Shown: in pieces, positions 1-8,508 of the stretch
Position numbering within the stretch: position 1 is the stretch's first letter
Layout of the letters: each line of letters starts with the position of its first letter
NCBI GenBank assembly: GCA_050187355.1
Contig: JBFWXO010000005.1
Span: 18,502 to 82,501, forward strand
Reading direction: 5' to 3'
Length of the DNA: 64,000 nt
Source of the DNA: Vicinamibacterales bacterium
GTDB lineage: Bacteria; Acidobacteriota; Vicinamibacteria; Vicinamibacterales; UBA2999
Made by a program: the position numbers and the translations under genes
The notes under the pieces: model-generated
Told to the model about the DNA's origin: nothing
Database searches by the model: none
Seen by the model: the letters and a program-made list of their open reading frames with translations, nothing else

Positions 1-285
1 CACCACGGCGGCCACGCCGGGAAGCTCTGCGACGGCGGCGGCGGCACGCGTCGCGAAGCATCCGGTCACGACGATTCGTGCGGCGGGATTCTGCCGATGA
101 ATTCTGCGAATCGTCTGCCGGGCGCCTTGATCGGCGCTTGCGGTCACCGAGCACGTATTCACGACGACCAGATCGGCGGCGTCGGCAGCGGCGGCGGTCG
201 CCCCCGCCGTCGTCAAGGCGGCCTCGACCTCCAGCGAGTCCGCCTGGTTCACGCGGCAGCCGAAGGTGACGACCGCGTACTTCAC
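1..285 (-). CDS. MiaB/MtaB-family radical-SAM methylthiotransferase, N-terminal fragment (continues beyond window edge)
   Basis: Minus-strand translation from GTG at 285 reads VKYAVVTFGCRVNQADSLEVEAAL...DLVVVNTCSVTASADQGARQTIRRIHRQNPAARIVVTGC, the typical N-terminal MiaB-type domain. Its start overlaps the purD stop as GTGA. It is not in the ORF track because it is truncated by the window edge. Confidence 0.7.
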   Translation of the reverse strand, partial: MKYAVVTFGCRVNQADSLEVEAALTTAGATAAAADAADLVVVNTCSVTASADQGARQTIRRIHRQNPAARIVVTGCFATRAAAAVAELPGVAAVV

Positions 286-1562
286 GGCGGCGCGTCCCGC
301 AGCGCGCTCGCGCCGATGTCCCGGCGGAACTGCATGCCGTCGAAGCCGACCCGGCCGACCGCGCCATACGCGGCGGCCATCGCCGCGCGATGGTCGCGCG
401 CTCGGGCCACCAGGGTCAGGACGCGCCCACCCGCCGTCACGAGGGCGCCATCGTGAAGTCCGACGCCCGCGAAGCGGACAGCCACGTCAGGCGACTTCGG
501 GGTGTCGAGACCGTGAATTACCTGGCCGGTCTCCACCTGGCCCGGATACCCCCGGGACGCCAGCACGACACCGACGGCGGCATCGGGCGAGAAGCGGACC
601 GCCGCTGGCAGTGGCGCGCCAGTCGCAGCGGCCAGGAGGATGGGCGCCAAGGGCTCGTCCAGCAGCGGCAGGACAACCTGCGCTTCGGGATCGCCGAACC
701 GGCAGTTAAATTCGATCACCTTCGGCCCGTCGGACGTGAGCATCAGGCCGCAGTACAGGAATCCCGTGAACGGGCTGCCCTCAGCGGCCAGCCCCTCGAG
801 CACCGGGCGGACGATGTCGCGCTCGATCCTGGCGCGCAGGCTCGCGGTGGCCAGGGGACTGGGCGAGAACGCCCCCATCCCGCCGGTATTCGGGCCGCGA
901 TCGCCGTCCAGGAGACGCTTGTGATCCTGGGCCGACCCGCACGCAACGAACGCCGCACCTGACGCAATCACGAAATACGACAGCTCCGGCCCGCTCAGGC
1001 ACTCCTCGAGGACCACACGCGCGCCGGCCGCACCGAAGGCCCCGTCCACCATGGCGGCGCGGAGCGTTGCCTCGGCCACCGGGAGGTCCCCGGCGATCAC
1101 CACGCCTTTGCCCGCAGCCAGGCCGTCGGCCTTCACCACCACGGGCCACCCGAGTTCACCGCCGCCAACGACGTCAAGGGCCTCGTCGATCGACTCGCAC
1201 ACCCGGGCGCGCGCCGTTGGCACGCCGTGCCGGGCCATGAGCGACTTGGCGAATGCCTTGCTGGTCTCGATCCGGGCAGCGGCCCGCGTGGGCCCGAAGA
1301 CCGGGCGGCCCGCGGCAACGAAGCGGTCGGCGACGCCGGCGGCGAGAGGCGCCTCTGGGCCGATCACGGTCAGATCGACGGCCTCATTCGCCGCGAGCGC
1401 CAGGAGCGCGTCCGCGTCCAGCGGGTCGACGGGCAGCACGCGGACGTCCCTGGCGATGCCGGGATTCCCAGGAGCGCACACCACGTCACTCCCCGGACCG
1501 GCGGCGAGAACCGCCGCCAGGGTGTGCTCGCGGGCGCCGGATCCCACGACCAGGATCTTCAT
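282..1562 (-). CDS. purD: phosphoribosylamine--glycine ligase
   Basis: 426 aa ORF starting MKILVVGSGAREHTLA... The ATP-grasp PurD architecture is recognisable along the full length. Confidence 0.95.
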   Translation of the reverse strand: MKILVVGSGAREHTLAAVLAAGPGSDVVCAPGNPGIARDVRVLPVDPLDADALLALAANEAVDLTVIGPEAPLAAGVADRFVAAGRPVFGPTRAAARIETSKAFAKSLMARHGVPTARARVCESIDEALDVVGGGELGWPVVVKADGLAAGKGVVIAGDLPVAEATLRAAMVDGAFGAAGARVVLEECLSGPELSYFVIASGAAFVACGSAQDHKRLLDGDRGPNTGGMGAFSPSPLATASLRARIERDIVRPVLEGLAAEGSPFTGFLYCGLMLTSDGPKVIEFNCRFGDPEAQVVLPLLDEPLAPILLAAATGAPLPAAVRFSPDAAVGVVLASRGYPGQVETGQVIHGLDTPKSPDVAVRFAGVGLHDGALVTAGGRVLTLVARARDHRAAMAAAYGAVGRVGFDGMQFRRDIGASALRDAPP

Positions 1563-1725
1563 GCCTGTATCCGACGTGTTTTCAACAACTTGTGAGGGTG
1601 CCGCGCACGTAGAACGCGCGCGAAATTGGCCGGACGGGCCGTGAAGCTCGTGTGATAGCCTAGCATATTCAACCGTTGAGTCTTGGACTCATCGAGCAGC
1701 CAGCACGGAAGGAGGTGAGTTCGAG

Positions 1726-1923
1726 ATGGCCGAGGTGAAGATTCAGGAAGGCGAGTCAATCGAGTCGGCCCTGCGGCGCTTCAAGCGTAAGGTGCAGCAG
1801 GAAGACATCATCAAGGACATCAAGAAGCACTCCTTCTACCTGAAGCCGGGCGACAAGCGCAGGGCCAAACAGGCTCTGGCTCGCAAGCGGAACAGGAAGA
1901 AGCAGCGCCGGGAGGCGGAATAG
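1726..1923 (+). CDS. rpsU: 30S ribosomal protein S21
   Basis: 65 aa basic protein MAEVKIQEGESIESALRRFKRKV...KRRAKQALARKRNRKKQRREAE. Strong SD (GGAAGGAGGTGAG) just upstream. Confidence 0.95.
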   Translation: MAEVKIQEGESIESALRRFKRKVQQEDIIKDIKKHSFYLKPGDKRRAKQALARKRNRKKQRREAE

Positions 1924-1988
1924 GACCGGCGCCGCGATGAGCGGCTTCGGTCGTTGACGCCACCGACATATCGCGGATAACATTTGGG

Positions 1989-2026
1989 GCCCTTGAACAC
2001 GGCATAAACGCTTTGTGTTCAGGGGC
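1989..2026 (+). terminator. stem-loop downstream of rpsU (possible terminator)
   Basis: 12-bp stem (1989-2000 pairs with 2015-2026, one G-U) and a 14-nt loop, about 66 nt after the rpsU stop. No clean U-tract follows. Confidence 0.35.
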
Positions 2027-2094
2027 TTCACCACATTTTAGGTCTTGTAGGCCCGCCTGCGCGGGACACACGAACGGCGGAGAGGATTACCGGC

Positions 2095-2436
2095 ATGGAA
2101 ATCGCCGAACGCAAGGTCAGCGACGTCACGGTTCTGGATCTCACCGGCAAGATGACGCTCGGTGAGGGCGACGAGCTGCTGAGACAGACCGTCAACAATC
2201 TGTTGGCGGCCGGCACAAAGAAGATCGTCCTCAACCTCGAGGGCGTTCCCTACATCGACTCGGCCGGGCTCGGCGAGGTGGTGCGCACGCACATGACGGT
2301 GAGCAAGCAGGGCGGCAAGCTCAAGCTCCTCAACCTGACCAAGCGCATCGAAGACCTGCTGTCGATCACCAAGCTCCTCACCGTGTTCGACTCGTACGAA
2401 TCGGAAGCCGACGCGATCAAGAGCTTCGCGGAGTAA
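2095..2436 (+). CDS. STAS-domain anti-sigma-factor antagonist (SpoIIAA-like)
   Basis: 113 aa with ...LDLTGKMTLGEGDELLRQTVNNLLAAGTKKIVLNLEGVPYIDSAGLGEVV..., the typical STAS fold signature. SD GGAGAGG upstream. Confidence 0.85.
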   Translation: MEIAERKVSDVTVLDLTGKMTLGEGDELLRQTVNNLLAAGTKKIVLNLEGVPYIDSAGLGEVVRTHMTVSKQGGKLKLLNLTKRIEDLLSITKLLTVFDSYESEADAIKSFAE

Positions 2437-2455
2437 TCTGACGGTTTCGCGCTCC

Positions 2456-3406
2456 ATGGCGCGTCCAACCTACCCGGATCTCGAGGCGCGAGAGGCCGGC
2501 GTCGAGCGGGTGAAGGATCGCTCCACGCTCGGCAGCCTGCTGAAATCGCTGCGGCCCGAACAGTGGACCAAGAACCTGTTCGTGCTGGCGGCGTTGCCGT
2601 TCGGCCTCAAGCTGTTCGACCCCGCCGCCACCGCCCTCGCGTTGGCGGCGTTCGTCGTCTTCTGCGCGCTGTCCGGCGTCGTCTACATCATCAACGACCT
2701 GTACGACCGGGAGGCGGATCGCCTCCATCCCACGAAGCGGTTCCGCCCGATCGCGGCCGGGGATCTCTCGCCCAACGTCGCGTTGTCGGCGGCCGCCATC
2801 ATCGGCGCGTGCGCGCTGACCGCCGCGGTCTGGGTCGGACCGAAGTTCGCGGCGGCGGCGACCGGATACCTGGCGCTCTTCGCCCTGTATTCCCGCTGGC
2901 TGAAGCATTTCGTCGTCGTCGACGTCCTGTCGATCGCGATCGGGTTCGCACTGCGGGCCTACGCAGGAGCGGCCGCGATCGACGTCCCCGTGAGCGACTG
3001 GATCCTCATCTGCACGACGCTCCTGGCGCTGTTCCTGGGGCTCGCCAAGCGCCGCCACGAACTCACCCTGCTGGCGGACGGCGCCGTGCGGCACCGGCGC
3101 ATCCTGGACGAATACAACCCGTATCTTCTCGACCAGATGATCGGCGTCGTGACGGCATCGACGCTGATGGCCTACATCATCTATTGCACGAGCTCCGACA
3201 CAGTTGAGCGGTTCGGCACCCGGCTGCTGGTGCTGACCATCCCTTTCCCGATCTACGGCATCCTGCGGTACCTCTACCTCGTGCACCGGCGCGACGGCGG
3301 GGGCAACCCCTCGGAACTGCTGATCACGGATAGACCGCTGCTCATCTGCGTCGGACTCTGGGGTCTGGTGACCGCACTGGTCATCTACCGGCCCGTCGGA
3401 TTCTGA
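2456..3406 (+). CDS. UbiA-family prenyl-phosphate phosphoribosyltransferase (decaprenyl-phosphate 5-phosphoribosyltransferase-like)
   Basis: 316 aa polytopic membrane protein. It carries NDLYDREADRLHPTKRFRPIAAG, the Asp-rich UbiA motif in the context typical of the Rv3806c-type family. Confidence 0.8.
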   Translation: MARPTYPDLEAREAGVERVKDRSTLGSLLKSLRPEQWTKNLFVLAALPFGLKLFDPAATALALAAFVVFCALSGVVYIINDLYDREADRLHPTKRFRPIAAGDLSPNVALSAAAIIGACALTAAVWVGPKFAAAATGYLALFALYSRWLKHFVVVDVLSIAIGFALRAYAGAAAIDVPVSDWILICTTLLALFLGLAKRRHELTLLADGAVRHRRILDEYNPYLLDQMIGVVTASTLMAYIIYCTSSDTVERFGTRLLVLTIPFPIYGILRYLYLVHRRDGGGNPSELLITDRPLLICVGLWGLVTALVIYRPVGF

Positions 3407-3416
3407 CGCAGAGACA

Positions 3417-4700
3417 ATGAGCAAGAGCCGAGTCGCCATCCTCCGCACGTCGCCCGCGACGGTCATCCGGGACTACCACTCCCTGATGAACCTCGCCGGG
3501 TACCAGGACGTCCTGCCGAAGGACGTCGAGACGGGCCTCAAGGTCAACATCTCGTGGCACTTCTTCTTTCCTGGCTCCTCCACGACGCCCTGGCAGCTCG
3601 ACGGCGTCATCCGGGCGATGAAGGCGGACGGCTACGACCCGGCGAAGATTCACGCGTGCCACAACCGCACCGTCGTGATCGACGCGCACCTCGGTGAGCG
3701 GGAGAACAAGCAGATCAACGTCGTCGAGGCGCACGGCCTGGCGAACGTGCACCTCTACGAGGGCGACGAGGACTGGATCAACATCAAGGACGCCGTCGGC
3801 GACCTGACGAAGCAGTTCCTCTGCCTGAACGAGGTGTATCCCGGCGGGTTCATGATTCCCCGGCGGTTCATCGGCGAGAACATCCTGCACCTGCCCACGG
3901 TGAAGACGCACGTCTTCACGACGACCACCGGGGCCATGAAGAACGCGTTCGGCGGACTGCTGAACGAGCGCCGTCACTGGACCCACCCGGTGATTCACGA
4001 GACGCTGGTGGATCTGCTGATGATCCAGAACAAGATCCATCGGGGCGTGTTCGCCGTGATGGACGGCACGTTCGCCGGCGACGGCCCCGGACCGCGCTGC
4101 ATGGTGCCGCACGTCAAGAACGTGATCCTGGCCAGCGCCGACCAGGTGGCCATCGACGCCGTGGCCGCCAAGCTGATGGGGATGGACCCGCTCTCGATCA
4201 AGTTCATCCGCCTGGCGCACGAGCGCGGACTGGGGTGCGGCGACCCGCGCGACATCGAGATCGTCGGCGACACCGACGCGGCCGCCGAGAACTGGCACTT
4301 CGACGGCCCCTTCCGGGAGATGACGTTCGCCTCGCGGATGCAGCACAAGATCTACTGGGGTCCGCTGCGCAAGCCCATCGAGTGGTCGCTCAAGACCGTG
4401 CTCGCGCCGTGGGCCTACATCGCGAGCGTCGTGTACCACGACAGCTTCTGGTATCCGTTCAACGCCGACCGCCGGATGCACGACGCGTTGAACTCGCCCT
4501 GGGGCCGGCTGTTCCAGAACTGGGAACACCTCGCTCCAGACGCCAATGGCTTTCCCACGGTTGGCGACGCGCCGGCCGTCGCGCCGCGCCTCGGGATGCG
4601 CGCGCTCGGCAAGTCCGTGGGCATCCTGGGCACGTGCATCAAGGAGGCGCCGGAGTTCGCGAGCCGCCGGCGCCACACGACGCACGGATCGCAGGCCTGA
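3417..4700 (+). CDS. DUF362 domain-containing protein
   Basis: 427 aa. The N-terminus MSKSRVAILRTSPATVIRDYHSLMNLAGYQDVLP... and overall layout resemble DUF362 family proteins. No ferredoxin-type CxxCxxCxxxC cluster is evident. Confidence 0.7.
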   Translation: MSKSRVAILRTSPATVIRDYHSLMNLAGYQDVLPKDVETGLKVNISWHFFFPGSSTTPWQLDGVIRAMKADGYDPAKIHACHNRTVVIDAHLGERENKQINVVEAHGLANVHLYEGDEDWINIKDAVGDLTKQFLCLNEVYPGGFMIPRRFIGENILHLPTVKTHVFTTTTGAMKNAFGGLLNERRHWTHPVIHETLVDLLMIQNKIHRGVFAVMDGTFAGDGPGPRCMVPHVKNVILASADQVAIDAVAAKLMGMDPLSIKFIRLAHERGLGCGDPRDIEIVGDTDAAAENWHFDGPFREMTFASRMQHKIYWGPLRKPIEWSLKTVLAPWAYIASVVYHDSFWYPFNADRRMHDALNSPWGRLFQNWEHLAPDANGFPTVGDAPAVAPRLGMRALGKSVGILGTCIKEAPEFASRRRHTTHGSQA

Positions 4701-4711
4701 GGATTCGCGAC

Positions 4712-5629
4712 ATGTCCGATTTCCACGTCCGTTCAGATGCTGTCGACGTCGAGCAGATCATGGAGCAGATCCGCCGCCGCGTGCGCGACAAGCGCGGCGT
4801 CGACTACACCGAGGAGCAGATCCGCGAGCTGGCGGCCGTGCGCCTCGAGAAGTTCCTCGATCCGAAGAACCTCCGCTCGGACCTGCTCGATCAGTTCAGG
4901 AAGAGCCGGCCCACCGAGGACGCCTCACTGCCGCCGATGGCGACCTACGAGTTCGAGGACACGACGCTCTACGACACCCACCGGGGGCTGCTGCGCACGA
5001 TCCGTCGCCTGCTGAACCCGCTGCTGAAGCTGTTCTTCAATCCGAACCAGCTCACCAACGTCCTGCACCAGCAGGCGGCCCTGAACCGGGCCTTCGTTCA
5101 GACCACCCGGCAGGCGCGGACCGACCGGGCGGCGTGGAACGCCCTCTATTACGAAGTCCTGCACAATCTCGTGCTCGAGACCACGCGCGCCGGCATCGAG
5201 CTCAAGAACCTGACGATGCGGGTCGAGGCGCTGTCGAGCCGGCTGGACTTCTCGGAACGCCGGGTCAGAGCGCTCGAGGGCGTCGTTCAGTACCGCCCGG
5301 AGGCCATGGCGCCCCGGGAGCGTCGTCCTGAAGCGGCGCCGCCCCAGGGCGGAGGCATCGAACCCGCGGGTGTCCCGGGCGGAGTCGAAGGCACCGGTAC
5401 GGCCGACGGCCGCCGCCGCCGCCGCCGCCGGCGTGGCCGGCGCGGCACCGGCCCCGGGATGGCGGCAGGCGGTCCGGGTGGCGAGGCGACGGCCGACATG
5501 GACGACGCCGACGGTCCTGACGATCGCGCCGACGGCGCCGACGACGGTCCGTCCCCGGATGGCGGCGACCAGGACAGCGGCACTCCGGACGGCGACGGCG
5601 GCCCGGACCAGACACCCCAGGCGTCGTGA
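4712..5629 (+). CDS. hypothetical protein: helical/coiled-coil N-terminal part plus Arg-rich then acidic disordered tail
   Basis: ATG at 4712 lies in frame within track ORF 4235-5629; the upstream part overlaps the DUF362 gene. Sequence MSDFHVRSDAVDVEQIMEQIRRRVRDKRGVDY...; tail GRRRRRRRRGRRG...DDADGPDDRADGADDGPSPDGGDQD. The stop overlaps the next gene's start (GTGA). Confidence 0.6.
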   Translation: MSDFHVRSDAVDVEQIMEQIRRRVRDKRGVDYTEEQIRELAAVRLEKFLDPKNLRSDLLDQFRKSRPTEDASLPPMATYEFEDTTLYDTHRGLLRTIRRLLNPLLKLFFNPNQLTNVLHQQAALNRAFVQTTRQARTDRAAWNALYYEVLHNLVLETTRAGIELKNLTMRVEALSSRLDFSERRVRALEGVVQYRPEAMAPRERRPEAAPPQGGGIEPAGVPGGVEGTGTADGRRRRRRRRGRRGTGPGMAAGGPGGEATADMDDADGPDDRADGADDGPSPDGGDQDSGTPDGDGGPDQTPQAS

Positions 5630-7209
5630 AGGTCGCGGTCGTCGTCCAGCGCTACGGCGCCGAGATCAACGGCGGCGCCGAGCTTCACGCACGCTACATC
5701 GCCGAGCACCTGGCGCGCCATGTGACCGTCGAGGTCCTGACGACCTGCGCGCGCGACTACATCACGTGGGCGAACGAGTTCCCGGCGGGTGAGTCAGCCG
5801 CGGGCGGCGTGACCGTCCGGCGGTTTCCGGTGGACGCGCCGCGCGATCCCAAGACGTTCGGGGACTGGTCGGAGCGCGTGTTCGGACAGCGGCACTCCGT
5901 GAACGACGAACTGGCGTGGCTCGATGCCGAGGGGCCCGCCTCGACCGAACTCGTTCGGTTCGTGTCCCGCCACGCCGCCGACTACGACTACTTCCTCTTC
6001 TTCAGCTTCCGCTACTACCACGCGTACCACGGCGCGCGCGCCGTCCCGGAGAAGGCGATCCTCGTGCCCACGGCGGAGCGCGACGAAGTGCTGGGGCTCC
6101 ACATCTTCGCGCCCGTCCTGCGATCGGTGCGGGCGCTGATGTACAACTCGCCGGAAGAGCGCGCGCTGCTCTGTGCCGTCTCCGGCACCAGCGACGTGCC
6201 TGGCGTGATCGTCGGCGTGGGCTCGGAAGTGCCGGCCTCCGCGAGCGCGGCCCGCTTCCGGCAGCGGATGGGCCTCGGGGACAGGATCGCCCTCTACATC
6301 GGCCGCATCGACGAGAACAAGGGCTGCCGCGAGCTCTTCGACTTCTGGACGCGCTACGCCGATGTCACGCCAGGCGGCCTGACGCTGGTGCTCATCGGGA
6401 CACCCGTCCTCCCGGTGCCCTCGCACCCGCGAATCCGGCACCTCGGCTTCGTCAGCGACGAGGACAAGTACGACGCCCTGGCGGCGGCCGAGTTCCTCAT
6501 CATGCCGTCGTACTTCGAGAGCCTGTCCATGGTGGCGCTCGAGGCCTGGGCCATGGGCAAGCCCGTGCTCGCCAACGGCAGGTGCGACGTGCTGCGCGGA
6601 CAGGCCGTGCGGAGCAATGCCGGCCTGTACTACGAGAGCTACCCTGAGTTCGCCGAGGCCGTCCGCGTGCTCGATGGCTCCGCCGGAGTGGCGGCCACCC
6701 TTGGCCGGAACGGCAGTGCGTTCTTCCGCGCGAATTACGCGTGGCCCGTGATCGAACGCAAGTATCTGGACATGTTCGACCGGCTGGCGCGCGAGGATGC
6801 GGCGAGCCGCGCCGGCCGCGCCATGCCCGCGCTGCCCGGCTGGTGGGGACGCCGCCAGAAGACGCTGCCGCCCGCGCGCGAGGTCCTGGCGCAGCTGCCC
6901 TCTGGACCCGTGCTGACGGCCCGTTCCGCCCGCGCCGGCGGGAGCCCGCCGCAGGCGCAGGCCAGGCACGGCCGGCGGCCAGACGGCCGGAACGCCGGCC
7001 GCGAAGGCCGCGAAGGCCGCGAGGGGCGCGATAGACGGCCGCACCGCACGGCTCGCCCCCAGCCGCCGGCGGGCCCGGCTCCAGCGGCCCAGGCCAAGAC
7101 GACGGGAGAGGGCACCGGCGCTCGTCCGGCGGCGCAGGTACCTCGTGGACACCGGCGTCGGCGCGGCGCCAGGCACGGCGGCAGGCCGGGCGGCTCGAGG
7201 GACGAGTAG
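5626..7209 (+). CDS. glycosyltransferase family 4 (type A paralog) with long basic disordered C-terminal tail
   Basis: 527 aa, MKVAVVVQRYGAEINGGAELHARYIAEHL...LTTCARDYITW...GRIDENKGCRELF...PSYFESLSMVALEAWAMGKPVL (GT-B/GT4 EX7E-type region). The last ~130 aa are low complexity, including GREGREGREGR. Confidence 0.85.
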   Translation: MKVAVVVQRYGAEINGGAELHARYIAEHLARHVTVEVLTTCARDYITWANEFPAGESAAGGVTVRRFPVDAPRDPKTFGDWSERVFGQRHSVNDELAWLDAEGPASTELVRFVSRHAADYDYFLFFSFRYYHAYHGARAVPEKAILVPTAERDEVLGLHIFAPVLRSVRALMYNSPEERALLCAVSGTSDVPGVIVGVGSEVPASASAARFRQRMGLGDRIALYIGRIDENKGCRELFDFWTRYADVTPGGLTLVLIGTPVLPVPSHPRIRHLGFVSDEDKYDALAAAEFLIMPSYFESLSMVALEAWAMGKPVLANGRCDVLRGQAVRSNAGLYYESYPEFAEAVRVLDGSAGVAATLGRNGSAFFRANYAWPVIERKYLDMFDRLAREDAASRAGRAMPALPGWWGRRQKTLPPAREVLAQLPSGPVLTARSARAGGSPPQAQARHGRRPDGRNAGREGREGREGRDRRPHRTARPQPPAGPAPAAQAKTTGEGTGARPAAQVPRGHRRRRGARHGGRPGGSRDE

Positions 7210-8508
7210 GTGCCGCCTGCCGTCCATCAGGTGCTGGCGACTCTCGGGTATGGCGACGCCATCGGCCACGAGGTGCTCGGCATCCAGCGCGCGCTCCGCG
7301 GGGCGGGCTACGATTCCGAGATCTTCGTCGAGACCGCCGACCGCCGCCTGGAGGATCTCACGCTCGACTATCGCGATCTGCCGGAGGCGAGCCATCCCGA
7401 CAATCTGCTGATCCACCACTTCTCGATCGGATCGCGCGCCTCCCGCGTGGCGTACGCGCTGCCGGACCGGATGGCCCTCGTCTATCACAACATCACGCCG
7501 CCCGAGTTCTTCATCGACGTCCATCCGCTGCTCGTGCAGCTCTGCTACCTGGGCCGGCGCGAACTCGGCGCGTACGCGAGCCGCGTCGACATCGGCCTGG
7601 GCGATTCCGAGTACAACCGGCAGGAACTGGACGCCCTGGGGTTTCCGCGGACGGCGGTTCTGCCCGTCGTCCCGGACTTCACGCACCTGGCTGGGGTGGC
7701 GGACTACATGCAGGCCCGGGCGTTCGACGACGGCTGGGTGAACGTGCTGTTCGTCGGGCGGATGATTCCGAACAAGCGCATCGAGGACGTGGTCCGCGCG
7801 TTTCATGCCTACAAGCGCTGGTTCAATCCGCGGTCGCGGCTGCTGCTGGTGGGCTCGCACGGCGGATTCGAGCGCTACCTCGCGATGGTGCACGACTTCG
7901 TGGCGCGGATCGGCGCGGCCGACGTGCACTTCCTCGGGCACGTCAGCAACGAGGAGCTGACGGCCTACTACGAAATCGCGGACGTCTTCCTCTGCGCGAG
8001 CGAACACGAGGGCTTCTGCGTGCCGCTCATGGAAGCCTTTCACATGGGCGTTCCGGTGCTGGCCTATGCGGCCACGGCTGTGCCGGCGACGATGGACGGT
8101 GGCGGCCTGCTGTACGACCGGAAGGATCCGATCGAGATCGCCGCACTCATCAACTCGGTCGTCGCGGACACCAGGCTCCGGCATGCGGTGCTCGAGCGGC
8201 AGGATGCGGCGCTCGACCGGCTCCTCGCCCGCGACTTCGGACGCACGCTGCTGCAGTTCGTGGACGAGACCCTGAGTCGCCCCAGGCGCGAGGCGCCTCC
8301 TGTCGCGTTCGACTTCTGGGATCAGGTTCGTCAGGCCGAGGAACTGGAAGCCATCCGGTCGTACCGCCCCGCCGCCTTCCAGGCCCTTCCGGAGGACGAG
8401 GACGGCCTGACGTCCGAGCCTCCGCGCGACACGAACGCCGCCGCCCCGAGTGCGGCCCCGAACGCCGCCAAGCCGATGCACCAGGAGCCGGAGGCCCCGC
8501 AGCGATGA
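7210..8508 (+). CDS. glycosyltransferase family 1/4 (type B paralog)
   Basis: 432 aa. GTG start immediately follows the upstream TAG. ...GYGDAIGHEVL...YHNITPPEFF...LGDSEYNRQELDALGF...FVGRMIPNKRIED...SEHEGFCVPLMEAFHMGVPVLAY. Confidence 0.8.
   Translation: MPPAVHQVLATLGYGDAIGHEVLGIQRALRGAGYDSEIFVETADRRLEDLTLDYRDLPEASHPDNLLIHHFSIGSRASRVAYALPDRMALVYHNITPPEFFIDVHPLLVQLCYLGRRELGAYASRVDIGLGDSEYNRQELDALGFPRTAVLPVVPDFTHLAGVADYMQARAFDDGWVNVLFVGRMIPNKRIEDVVRAFHAYKRWFNPRSRLLLVGSHGGFERYLAMVHDFVARIGAADVHFLGHVSNEELTAYYEIADVFLCASEHEGFCVPLMEAFHMGVPVLAYAATAVPATMDGGGLLYDRKDPIEIAALINSVVADTRLRHAVLERQDAALDRLLARDFGRTLLQFVDETLSRPRREAPPVAFDFWDQVRQAEELEAIRSYRPAAFQALPEDEDGLTSEPPRDTNAAAPSAAPNAAKPMHQEPEAPQR

Noticed and set aside
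5794-8481. 895-aa ORF antisense to the glycosyltransferase genes. Similar very long antisense or out-of-frame ORFs occur at 13441-15426, 15779-17746, 22554-24536, 32615-36091, 36241-39072, 39602-41740, 49171-52578, 53630-55834 and 57661-59688 (upstream part).
   Set aside because: Each lies opposite, or out of frame to, a gene with clear family signatures. Their products are Arg/Gly/Pro/Ala-dominated low-complexity strings with no motifs. In very GC-rich DNA, stop codons are rare in non-coding frames, so long shadow ORFs are expected.
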